Positions 1 to 9,715 of a stretch of 64,000 nt of DNA are shown here, piece after piece. Source of the stretch: Camelus dromedarius (taxonomy: Eukaryota); contig NC_087437.1 of NCBI RefSeq assembly GCF_036321535.1, forward strand, positions 108,254,001-108,318,000. The letters run 5' to 3'. Each line of letters begins with the position of its first letter. Positions within the stretch are counted from its first letter, which is position 1. Both the position numbers and the translations under genes were made by a program. The notes below the pieces were generated by a model, which had not been told where the DNA came from, made no database searches, and was given only the letters and a program-made list of their open reading frames with translations.

Positions 1-590
1 TACATTTATCCAAATTAAAGTGACTATAATACACTTTGCTGTATCACTTTTTTATGTTAGATTAGAAGGTACTGTCTTAGATTTGTTAGAGTGCTACACA
101 TTTTTTTTAAACTGAGTTCTGAATTATGTTTAGACTCAATGGTTTTGATAAAAAGATGGTGGATTCAGCGTAAACATCAATTTAGGTTTGGGATTTGCCC
201 CCAAAACTTAATTTTTCATAAGTTTTGGCAAACCGAATTTAAGAATGATGCTATACGTGTGCTGAAAATTAAAAATTAAGTTGTGCATTTAAGTTCTATC
301 TACTATTAATTTTATGAGAAAATAAAGCAACCTTCCAATACAGCCCAGAATGAAATGTGACCAAAATTTTGATGAGAAAAGTTTTTCAAGTGCCAATATG
401 GCTCAGTAAAATTAAATGATTCAAGCTGGCTGTGAAATTCTCTTTTCTGTTCTAATTGAGAATGGATTCATACACTAGAAACATATTGTCTTTCATCACT
501 TAACTATTTATCTCATGTGTGAATTCATCCACCAAGAATAAAGGAGAACATTGCAACTTCAGGGATAAAGACATCCATGTCAGAAGAGTT

Positions 591-704
591 GTTTTATTTT
601 GTTGTTGTTTTGTTTTGTCTTGTTTTTAATGGAGGTACTGGGAATTGAAACCAGGACCTTGTGCATGCTAAGTGCTCTACCACTGAGCTATTACCCTTTC
701 CCCC
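591..704 (-). mobile_element. tRNA-derived SINE (camelid Vic-1-like)
   Basis: Reverse complement gives a tRNA-like head with A box (TAGCTCAGTGG) and B-box-like region plus an A-rich tail. Near-TSD CAGAAGAGTT (581-590) / CAGAAGACTT (705-714). Confidence 0.85.
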
Positions 705-714
705 CAGAAGACTT

Positions 715-1300
715 TTGTCATCATCACCACTCACTCTCTATATCCAGTTAAAACCTAAGTCCTACCTCCACTATCTTCTTTCTCAAGTCTTTCCACTTCT
801 GTTAGTTTTCACTGTTCCAGTGCGAGTTACCATTATCTTTCACCTGCACAGCTGTGGTGACCTCTAACTAATCTCCCAAAACCTGCTATCATTCCCTTCC
901 TAGACAGTCTACAATTTGCAACCAGATCAAGTTTATAAAACACAGACCTGGTCCTGTTACAACATTGCATAAAACCGTCTAGTAATAATCTCATGATAAA
1001 GTCTCTAACCCATAATGTTGCCTTTCAGGAAGTGGCCACTGGGCTCCTCTCCAGGCTCAGCTCCCAATATGCCCCTATTTGCTCTCCGCACTCCAACCAC
1101 CATTGCCTTCTTTCATGTGGGCCTCTGCACACAATGTTTTCTTTCACATGAAATAATCCCTCCTTCTACTTCTTTGCTAAGTGAACGCCTACTAATTAGC
1201 AGTTTTGTCCTTAATGCCACTTCCTCAGGATAACCCTTCCTAAATTATAGGCCTGAGTTTATGAGACTTTCTTTGCCTTCTATACCTCTTTATATCACAA
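715..1300 (+). mobile_element. L2 LINE fragment (ancient)
   Basis: C/T-rich degenerate similarity to the L2 3' region (e.g. ...ctaactaatctccc..., aaaacacagacctggtcctgttac, taatgccacttcctcagga). Boundaries approximate. Confidence 0.55.
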
Positions 1301-2412
1301 ATGCAACTGTGATCATTGTCACTATACTTCATCAAATTGAAATCTGTTCATTTTAAGATATGTTATTTAGGAAAAACTGCCAATTAAACCATGGCATTTT
1401 GATTTTTATCTCTTGGAATTTTGATTTTACACTTATCAAAAGGGTTTTTTACCTTATCTAGACCTATATTTTTATAATACCCCACTCTTTTGCAAAAATT
1501 AAAAATAACAGATATTTACTAAAGTATTTATGAAACATCTTTATATTCACTCAAAGAGCAAATAATATGAAATACTTTTCAAGTAAGCATGGTCGGTGTC
1601 TATACTTGCCCGCACAGTGACATCTTCTGTGTCTTCAGGAATATCAATGATGTTGGATTTCTTAAAAAGAGTGTTTCATTTTTGTGTCTTCCCAGTTGCT
1701 GTCATTCATTTTGGACTTTTTAACATCTGTACATACTACAGCATAACTAATAACAAGACATTGGTGATTGTAAGATGCCTTGCAATTTCAGAGATGTTAA
1801 AACGGAAGGAAGAATAATATACATTTTAGAATCAAACAGTTTGGTAAATATTTAGATAATTACTTGTTTAATGCCTATGCCAAGTGCTGGATTTTCACAT
1901 TCATATGCTTGGACTTCCCATTTCATTCCAATAGTTAAGACTTTGAGTCAACCTCTCTCATCAAGAATATTACAGTCATCTGTATCTGGTAGCCCTTTTT
2001 CCAAAGAAATCTCATGTTGTAGAGTTTCAGATTATATATCTGCTTGGCCACCAGGTACAAGAAAACAGCTAGCACCTCCAAGAGCTTACAATGATGCGAA
2101 GATTATCAAAGGGGACTTCTTTCCACTGTACTACACCCAGCCCATCAAAGAGCTGCCTAAGTCTGTCACTGCATACAGCATAGAAAAGTATTTATGAAAT
2201 TGTACAAACCTGCTGTTTTCACCTCATTTACTGCCATGGCATCAAAAGCAGCACCTGTATCTCCCTCAACACACAGCACTCTGTCCCTTCTGTGGGTCCC
2301 TACATTTGCTGCTGCCTGCTGAGTACCCCTACCTCCCTAATCATTCTTCCAGATGTTTTTACCTCTCAGACTTCTTTAATAATTTGTACCTCTCTTTATA
2401 TATATATATATA

Positions 2413-2500
2413 AAATCATGAAAGTGAACTCTTCATTAATGGGATGAGTGCCCTTGTAAGAAGAAGCCAGGGAACTTTCTTCCCACCATGTTAGGAACCT
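2413..2500. repeat. Left arm of a perfect 88-bp inverted repeat (partner 2991-3078)
   Basis: Base-by-base check: 2413-2500 is the exact reverse complement of 2991-3078. Confidence 0.97.
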
Positions 2501-2843
2501 TTTACATATATGTATAAAATCAGGACAAGAATCCAGCCCCAGAAGTTAAGACAGTGCCTAGTAATACTGATGATGGGAGAAGAGTTCTTCAAAATCTTGT
2601 TATGAAGACTAAACCTGAGGCCATACTTAGTCCAGGAACTTGCATGAGGTATGGAACAGATACACAGGGTTCACAGATAGAGATAGCAAGAGCCAAAATC
2701 TGGTAAGGAGGGTTGTGAAAGCAGGAGGGCAATGAGCGACATGAAAAATACCAAGACAAAAAGAGAAATTGGAGGTTATTTAGCTTGGGAAAAATTAAGA
2801 AACTCTGAGCACAGGGCCTCTAGCTGCTAATCCAGTTACTCAG

Positions 2844-3174
2844 TATATTAGTCTGCTAGGGCAGTTACAACAAAATACCATAAACTGGGTGACGTAGTAA
2901 GCAACAGAAGTTTATTTCTCACAATTATGGAGTCTGGAAGTCCAATGTCAGAGTTCCAGGCTGGTTGAGTTCTGGTCAGAGCCCTCTTCCAGGTTCCTAA
3001 CATGGTGGGAAGAAAGTTCCCTGGCTTCTTCTTACAAGGGCACTCATCCCATTAATGAAGAGTTCACTTTCATGATTTAATTACCTCTAAATGGTCCCAA
3101 ATTCAAATGTCATCACTTTGGGAATTAGGGCTTCAACATATGAATTTTATAGGGCATAAATTGAGTTCATTGCA
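2844..3174 (-). mobile_element. MaLR solo LTR (MLT1A-like)
   Basis: Antisense MLT1 motifs (acaaaataccataaactgggtg, tttatttctcacaattatggagtctggaagtcca, gcttcaacatatgaattt). 5-bp near-TSD CTCAG (2839-43) / CTAAG (3175-79). Confidence 0.85.
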
Positions 3175-3287
3175 CTAAGTAATCATTATTTGTTGAATAA
3201 ACAAAATTTGAAGTACTACAATTCAATGTAATAAGATTTAAATAATAAAAGGAAAACAAGAAAGAAAATATTTCATGTTAAAGCTAC

Positions 3288-4015
3288 TGTAGTGAGTTGA
3301 ATAGTGCCTCCCCATCTTCACATCCACCTGGAATCACAAAATGTGACTTTAGTTGGAAATAGAATCTTTACTAGGTGTAATCAGTTAAGGACCTCATGAT
3401 GAGATCATCCTGGATTTAGGATGGGTCTTAAGTTCCATAACTGAAGTCTTAATAAGAAGAGAAGACACAGAAAGTTACAAGAAGGAGATGGAGGCAGAGA
3501 CTGTTTATGCTGCCACAAGCCAAGGAACACCAGAAGCCCCCAGAAGCTGGAAGAAGCATTCTCCCCTAAAACATGACCCTGCCACCATCTTGATTGCAGG
3601 CTTCTGGCCTCCAGAACTGTGATAAAGTAAATTTGTTTTGTTTTTTAGTTTTGGGTTTTTTTTTTTTTTAACTTTTATTTGTACTGAAGAATAGTTGATT
3701 TACAATGTTGTGTTAGTTTCAGGTATACAGCAAAGTGATTCAAATATACATATACGTGTGTGTGTGTGTGTGTATGTGTGTAAATATATATATTTCAGAT
3801 TCTTTTCCATTATAGGTTATTACCAGATATTGAATATAGTTCCTTATGCTATATGATAAGTCCTTGCTGATTATCTGTTTTATTTATAGTAGTGTGTATA
3901 TGTTAATCCTAAACTCCTAATTTATACCCCCCACCCCTTTTCCCTTTGGTAACCATAAATTTCTGGGTTTTTTAAACCTCCAAGTTTTTACATCAAGCCT
4001 AAAATAACTAATACA
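3288..4015 (+). mobile_element. MaLR solo LTR (MLT1B/C-like) interrupted by an L1 3' end
   Basis: Starts TGTAGTGAGTTGAATAGTG; contains gatgagatcatcctggatttagg and ttctggcctccagaactgtga; resumes after the L1 and ends ...taataca. Confidence 0.8.
3635..3958 (-). mobile_element. L1 3' end (5'-truncated)
   Basis: Poly-T, then antisense L1 3'UTR (tagttgatttacaatgttgtgttagtttcaggtatacagcaaagtgattc; ggtaaccataa) with an internal (TG)n. Confidence 0.9.
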
Positions 4016-4063
4016 GATTTTTTCCCCCAATACAATCATCCAAACCACCCTAATGAGTAAATG

Positions 4064-4200
4064 CTACTATCTTTATTTTTCAAACATAGAAGCAAAATCA
4101 GAGGGGTTAAGTAAGTAGCTGAGGACCGCCTAGATGATAAATCACAAAACTGAGATTAGAACCCATGTTTATTTAATTCTAAAGTCCTATCCTCTCTTTA
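4064..4200 (-). mobile_element. MIR fragment
   Basis: Degenerate MIR core (cagaggggttaagtaagtagctgagg...ctgagattagaaccca). Confidence 0.55.
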
Positions 4201-4502
4201 CAATGTTATACACTATTTGAGAGAAATGGTACTATAACTTGGAAAGATTCCCTTTTTAAAATAATTACAATAATAAGTTAAGAGGATAAAATATTAAACA
4301 TCTATTAGATAGAAAATGTTTATCTGTAGAATACTTTATTCTGAGACAATGCAGAATAAATAAAGCATCACTGCCCATGCTCTTATACAATAATTCTATG
4401 GAGTTGAGTGTCCTCTATCTGCCAAGTTTCAGTTTCAACCCTATGTATGAGGTACTGTTTATGGTACCCGTTTTATACATGTTGAAAAGGAGACTTAGAA
4501 GG

Positions 4503-5015
4503 TCTAGTAAACAGAATAATGCCCTCCCAAAGATATCTGCATAATCACTGGAATCCACATAATCCACATAGTCATTGGACTATATTACTATATATGGAAA
4601 AATGTATATGATTTAAGTTAAGGGTCTTGAGATAGGGAGATTATCCTGGATTACCTGGTGGGGCCCAAGGCAATCACAAAGGTCCTTATAAAAGAAAGAG
4701 GGAGAAAAGAGAGTTAGAGAAGGAGATGTGATGACAGCAGAAGTAAAGAGAGAGAAATTTGAAGATGCTGCGCTTCTGGCCTTGAAGATGGAGGATGAGG
4801 CCATGAGCCAAGGAATGCTGGTGGTACCCAGAGACAAGGAAAGACCAGGGAATAGATTCTCCCCTATAGTCTCCAGAAGTACAGCCCTGCCAAAACTTTG
4901 AGCTTAGGACCTAGACCTCAAGAATTATTAAAGAATAAACTTGTTTATTAAAGAATAAGCTCTAAATTGCTTAATTTGCAGTAATCTGTTACAGCAACAA
5001 CAGAACGTTAATCCA
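4503..5015 (+). mobile_element. MaLR solo LTR (MLT1D-like)
   Basis: cagaataatgccctcccaaagatatc; gagatagggagattatcctggattacctggtggg; ends gtaatctgttacagcaacaacagaacgttaatcca. Confidence 0.85.
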
Positions 5016-6005
5016 GAGGCACCGGGAGTTTTCTCATTGACCTTCATATGAAGGGCACAGCTGGAGCACAGGCTGCTCTGTCACCACGTTTCATAGTGCC
5101 TCTCCTCTTAGTGGTGGGAAATTCACATGCAGGAAAAAAGACCAACCACACTAGCAAAAAAGGTGTGCCTCAGTCTACTCAACTGGAATCATACATTTTC
5201 TACAAGTACAATAGGGGAAAAATGAGCCTAATAAGTATTTGTGAATGATAAACTACCACTTGTTCCTAAATGCAGAGGGAAAAAAGTGTTCTCAAATTTT
5301 ATTAAGTTTAAATTTTAGCCAGATGTATATCCCTTTGTTGTGGACTCAAATTTGATCACAGTCCAAGTCTTTTTCCATGTCTCCTCTTAGTTGGTTTATT
5401 TCCAAAAGCAGATGAAAATTACAGTTGTCCAACTCTGACTTGTTACAAAATATATCTTTTTCTGTTTACATAAAGAGGTGCAAGTTTACTCAAACTCAGT
5501 TAACTCATGGTTAGCCTCAAATGTCACAAACTTAAGAATTATTTTTTCCACTATATTGTGTTTCACAAGGATTGTTTCACATTTATTGTTAAATTGTAGT
5601 TAAGGAAGTATTCAATTGATAATTTATTTCTTTCTGGGTTAAATACAGCATCTTCAAAGAGATATTAAAAACTTCAAAAAAAGACTGTTGTATATGTAAG
5701 CATACTTTTAGTTAAAAAGACATTCACCTTATTTTGACTTTCTAATATATACAATGCCAAAGTATGTATTACTTTTTTTACAGGCAAAGATCTTCCTATA
5801 ATGTGTGATAGCACATGTCTAAAATACTGTTCCATGTGGGGAAATAAATAGAGTCCACAGTCCCTGTTTCCAAATAGTTTGGTTAGGAAATGAGAATATA
5901 TGCTCAAGATATGGCTAATAAGTAAATATTTGAATCTAGTAAATCCCTAAATGCACTCCACTCCCTGTACCAGCCAGTTTCCACATTGCAATTAGAAGAC
6001 GTAAT

Positions 6006-6103
6006 ATTTTATTTTATTTTTCTTAGTGGAGGTACTAGGGATTGAACCCAGGGCCTCATACATGCTAAGCATATGCTCTACTACTGAGCTATACCCTCAC
6101 CCC
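6006..6103 (-). mobile_element. tRNA-derived SINE (camelid Vic-1-like)
   Basis: Reverse complement reads ...gagggtatagctcagtagtagagcatatgcttagcatg...ctgggttcaatccctagtacctcc plus an A-rich tail. Confidence 0.85.
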
Positions 6104-6469
6104 TTGGAACAAGTGATATTAATGACAGTGTCATGGCAGACTTTTTTTTTTTTTTTTTTCCTTTTCTCTTTGTTGAAAAGGTCCAGTGGAGGCTTCACTG
6201 AATAGTTGGGATTCAACTGTTGAAGTGAAGGATTTAAGCACCTGATTGCGGCAGGTGGGAAATGGCAGAAAGTGTCAGGCTTGGTCAACGGGTGACTGGT
6301 TTTACTAAAGTGGAGTTGCTTTGGGGGGAGGCGCCTGAGACTGCACAGATAAGTCAAGGTCAAGCTACAAAAGACCTTGAATTTTGAGCTGTAAGATCTG
6401 TGTTTGATTTTTCACATTTGGGACATTATTTTCTTAAAAATGTTTAGTAGAACATAATACATAGAATCC

Positions 6470-6670
6470 AGAGGAAAGTCAGTTTATTTGGGCTCTAATC
6501 AATGCTAGTTGTTGCTCTAGGCAAGATGCTTTTTCCTTCTTTGCTTTTATTTGCTCATCTTAAAAATGGTCTAATAAATAAGCCACATCCTCACAGAGTC
6601 ACTGTGAAGATTCAGTGTGTTAATATAGAAAAATGCTTAAAATGGTGCCTAGCCACAAAAAGTGCCGAGA
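6470..6670 (+). mobile_element. MIR fragment
   Basis: ctagttgttgctctaggcaag...ctcatcttaaaaatgg...ctcacagagtcactgtgaagattcagtg...atggtgcctagc. Confidence 0.55.
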
Positions 6671-6900
6671 AATGTTTTTTTACTCTTCCACAGAACACAG
6701 GTACTAAAAAGACTTCAGAGACAGCTAAATACGATTTCTCTCTACAGGTGATTTCAACAGCTTTGAGCAATCCAGCGGAGGAAATCCTTTTTTTTTTAAG
6801 TTTAATTTTCTTTCAGCCAATGTTTTATGAAATTGGGTTATTTTATATTTTTAATTATTTATTTGTTGTAGTATTTATTTTATTACAGAGTCAAGCATTC

Positions 6901-7172
6901 TTTACTTTCTTTTTTTTTTTATTGAAGTACAGTCAGTTATAATGTGTCAGTTTCTGGTGTACAGCACAATGTCCCAGTCATGCATATACATATGTATATT
7001 CATTTTCATATTCTTTTTCATTAAAGTTTATTACAAGATATTGAACATAGATCCCTGTGCTATACAGAAGAAACTTTTTAAGTCTATTTTTATATATAGT
7101 TGCTAATATTTGTAAATCTCAAACTCCCAAATTTATCCCTTCCCAACCCCTTTCCCCCAGTAACCATAAGAT
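6901..7172 (-). mobile_element. Young L1 3' end (5'-truncated)
   Basis: Poly-T, then attgaagtacagtcagttataatgtgtcagtttctggtgtacagcac. TSD GAGTCAAGCATT (6888-99) / GACTCAAGCATT (7173-84). Confidence 0.92.
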
Positions 7173-7428
7173 GACTCAAGCATTTTAAACAGCACTTATT
7201 TATATTCTATAATGCAGTTTTGGAAATCTGTTTTGCAAAACAGAAAATCCTCCTTTATCTATGAAACAAATACAGTCAGTTCTTGCTGTTTGGGCTTATG
7301 TGTTCTAAAAAATCCCCCACAAACACCAAAGATGCAAAAACTGAATAACTGCTTCTATGTGAGACACAAGGTTAGGTCCCCATGAACCTCTGCTCACATT
7401 TTCTTCAACCTAAACACCATTTCCATTA

Positions 7429-7807
7429 TAGGTTTCCCCCACTTTCCGAGAGCATTCCTATAAAAACTTTCACAAGCTGAAACTACGTAAAGTCAAGAAG
7501 CAATTACTTTAGGACACATCTTGCTAAGGAAGGCACAAAATAATGAGATGAAGTGCAGATGGTCAAGTTACAGTTCAAAACCATGGACACTTGACGCTGA
7601 GTTCCTGGGGAAGGAGCTTGGCGGCGCCACCCTCACTGCTCTGCTCAGGATGTGCGCTGCCACTGCAACAGCTGGCTGCAAAATGAACGCTGAACGCTAT
7701 TTCCAATTTTCACCTTTTTGCACCAAAGTGAAAATCCTCCTTGGATGTATTTCAGTTAGCGAAAACATGTACTAATGTAGATCTTCTGTAAACGCAGCGG
7801 AAGCCTG
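7429..7807. mobile_element. Nested Tigger-like MITE (cetartiodactyl type)
   Basis: TA|(C>T)AGGTTTCCCCCACTTTCCG...GCGGAAGCCTG|CA termini. More CpGs retained than in the flanks. Interrupts the older Tigger element. Confidence 0.7.
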
Positions 7808-7809
7808 CA

Positions 7810-8310
7810 TATTGATTTGTTAACATCTTCCTGAAACTAGCCAGACTTCCATCAGAGTAGAAAACCTGCTCTTATATAAAACCCTCTTTCCACTTAATAC
7901 TGAGGATATTTTTTTTAAAACTTTCTACATATTCTGATCTGAAGAATCTATCCCTCCTGCAAGTTTAATGTTTTTACAACATAATCATCTTTTGAAATGT
8001 GAGTCCTTACCAGCACAAGCCACTCGAGAATTGGTTTACAGTAACATGATGTGACGGGCAATTTCTTGGGCATTCAGCTTCCCAGCAGACTTGTCCACTA
8101 CACTTTTTTCTCAGTGGTCAGCTCAGCAATCCACAGAGTCAGCCACTTTTCCATCATGCCTGTAGTTTTCTCATGCACTCTGCGGGTGACTTTCACTCTT
8201 TGGGGGCCTCACAAAAAGATTGGCCAATTTCCTCTTCCTTTTTCTGGATGTGCCGTATTGTCGGTTTGTTAACATTGAACTTGAGGCCAACAGCACCAAA
8301 AACTCATGCC
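7810..8310 (-). pseudogene. Degraded Tigger/pogo-type transposase fragment (HTH domains to first catalytic Asp region)
   Basis: Manual translation across frameshifts: GAVGLKFNVNKPTIRHIQKKEEEI / MMEKWLTLWIAEL / KNIKLAGGIDSSD / EQVFYSDG..FRKM. Confidence 0.75.
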
Positions 8311-8941
8311 TAGTTAAAAGAAGGATGTGTCTCTAACACACGTATTTTCTGCATTTAGGAATGCTAGGTTGCACTTCAGCACTACTCCTGGGGGTCATTT
8401 TGAACAGTGTAATTTAAATAAATAAAATAATAAGAAAATAAGTAAGTGGCACAATAATGTAAAAAATATAACCTTAAACAGAACAGGAAAAGGACATTTG
8501 TTTTCTGGCACAGAGCTGAAATGAGAAGGCGGAACATCACCTTGTTTTTCCCTGGCTGGGAGCCTTTACATCAAGTGACTCAATTTTTTGTCACTCAGCA
8601 CACATCCATGAATGCCCATTAAAGTGCTGCAGGTATTGATTTAGGGATTGAAAATAAATTTGAGTGGGTAGGAAAATTTGTAATAACCATATCCAAAACT
8701 AATGAGGATTAACTGTATGATGATAACATCACTTGTACAAGAGGCTGTTTTGCAACAGGAGATTGGAGGATGAAGATATTGCTAAGAGGATGGATGAAGG
8801 GAATGCTCACCTCTTCAGCTGTCTCTGATTTTCATAATGACTGCAAGGTTAATGTTAAATAAGATAGTCCTGGTAGAATGTACTTGCATGTGTCATGACT
8901 TGCCATGGTTATGTGATAAAAGACAGTTTTAAAGTCATTGA

Positions 8942-9715
8942 AAATGATAGAAAGTGTGTGAAGAAAAGGGAAACTCCTACACTCTTGGTGGGAATGTAGT
9001 TTGGTGCAGCCATTATGGAAAACAGTATGGAGATTCCTCAAAAAACTAAAAAGAGACTTACCATATGATCCAGCAATCACACTTCTGGGTATATATCTGG
9101 AGGGAACTCTAATTTGAAAAGATACACGGACCACAGTGTTCATAGCAGCAGTTTATACAGTAGCCAAGACATGGAAACAACCTAAATGTCCATCGACAGA
9201 TGACTGGATAAAGAAGTTGTGGTGTATTATACAATGGAATACTACTCAGCCATAAAAAAGAATAAAATAATGCCATTTGTAGCAACATGGATGGACCTAA
9301 AGATCATCCTTCTAAGTGAAGTAAGCCAGAAAGAGAAGGGAAAATACTGTATATCACTCATATATGGCATCTTAAAAAAAAAAAAAAGAAGAAAAAAAAG
9401 GACACTAATGAACTCATCTACCAAACAGAAACAGACTCACAGACACAGTAAACAATCATGGTTACGGGGAAAGGGGGTGGGAACCAATAAATTTAGGAGT
9501 TTGAGATTTGCAAATGTTAGCCACTATGCATATAAATAGATTTTTATAAGTGTCTGCTGTATAGCACAAAGAACTATGTTCAATAACTCATAATAAAGTT
9601 TAATGAAAAAGAATATGAAAACAAATATATGTATGTATATGCATGACGGGACATTGTGTTGTACACCAGAAACTGACACGTTGTAACTGATTGTACTTCA
9701 AATAAATAAATAAAT
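8942..9715 (+). mobile_element. Young L1 3' portion (ORF2 C-terminus + 3'UTR)
   Basis: ORF track MEYYSAIKKNKIMPFVATWMDL is typical of the L1 ORF2 end. A-rich tail; TSD core GTCATTGAA near 8934 and 9719. Confidence 0.93.

Larger units (their letters stand above)
7273..8716. mobile_element. TcMar-Tigger DNA transposon with MER82-like termini and a transposase remnant (coding on - strand)
   Basis: TA-CAGT... start and ...ACTG-TA end. Terminal regions resemble MER82 as recalled. The interior 7810-8310 translates on the - strand to degraded Tigger transposase motifs. Confidence 0.8.

Noticed and set aside
1610..1660. Possible 51-bp minus-strand exon (KSNIIDIPEDTEDVTVR) with GC donor
   Set aside because: Needs a weak AAG acceptor and a non-canonical GC donor; peptide not recognised and no partner exons found.
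1871..2197. 108-aa ORF with protein-like C-terminal half
   Set aside because: No recognisable family and no strong splice signals; length compatible with chance.
4925..4958. Direct repeat TTATTAAAGAATAA x2 (also AATCCACAT x2 near 4552-4569)
   Set aside because: Ordinary slippage-type micro-duplications inside an old LTR; not CRISPR-like.
6502..6942. 146-aa ORF with hydrophobic C-terminus and internal acceptor-like TTTCTCTCTACAG
   Set aside because: Built from a MIR relic, T-rich low-complexity DNA and an L1 poly-T tail; no convincing donor or homology.
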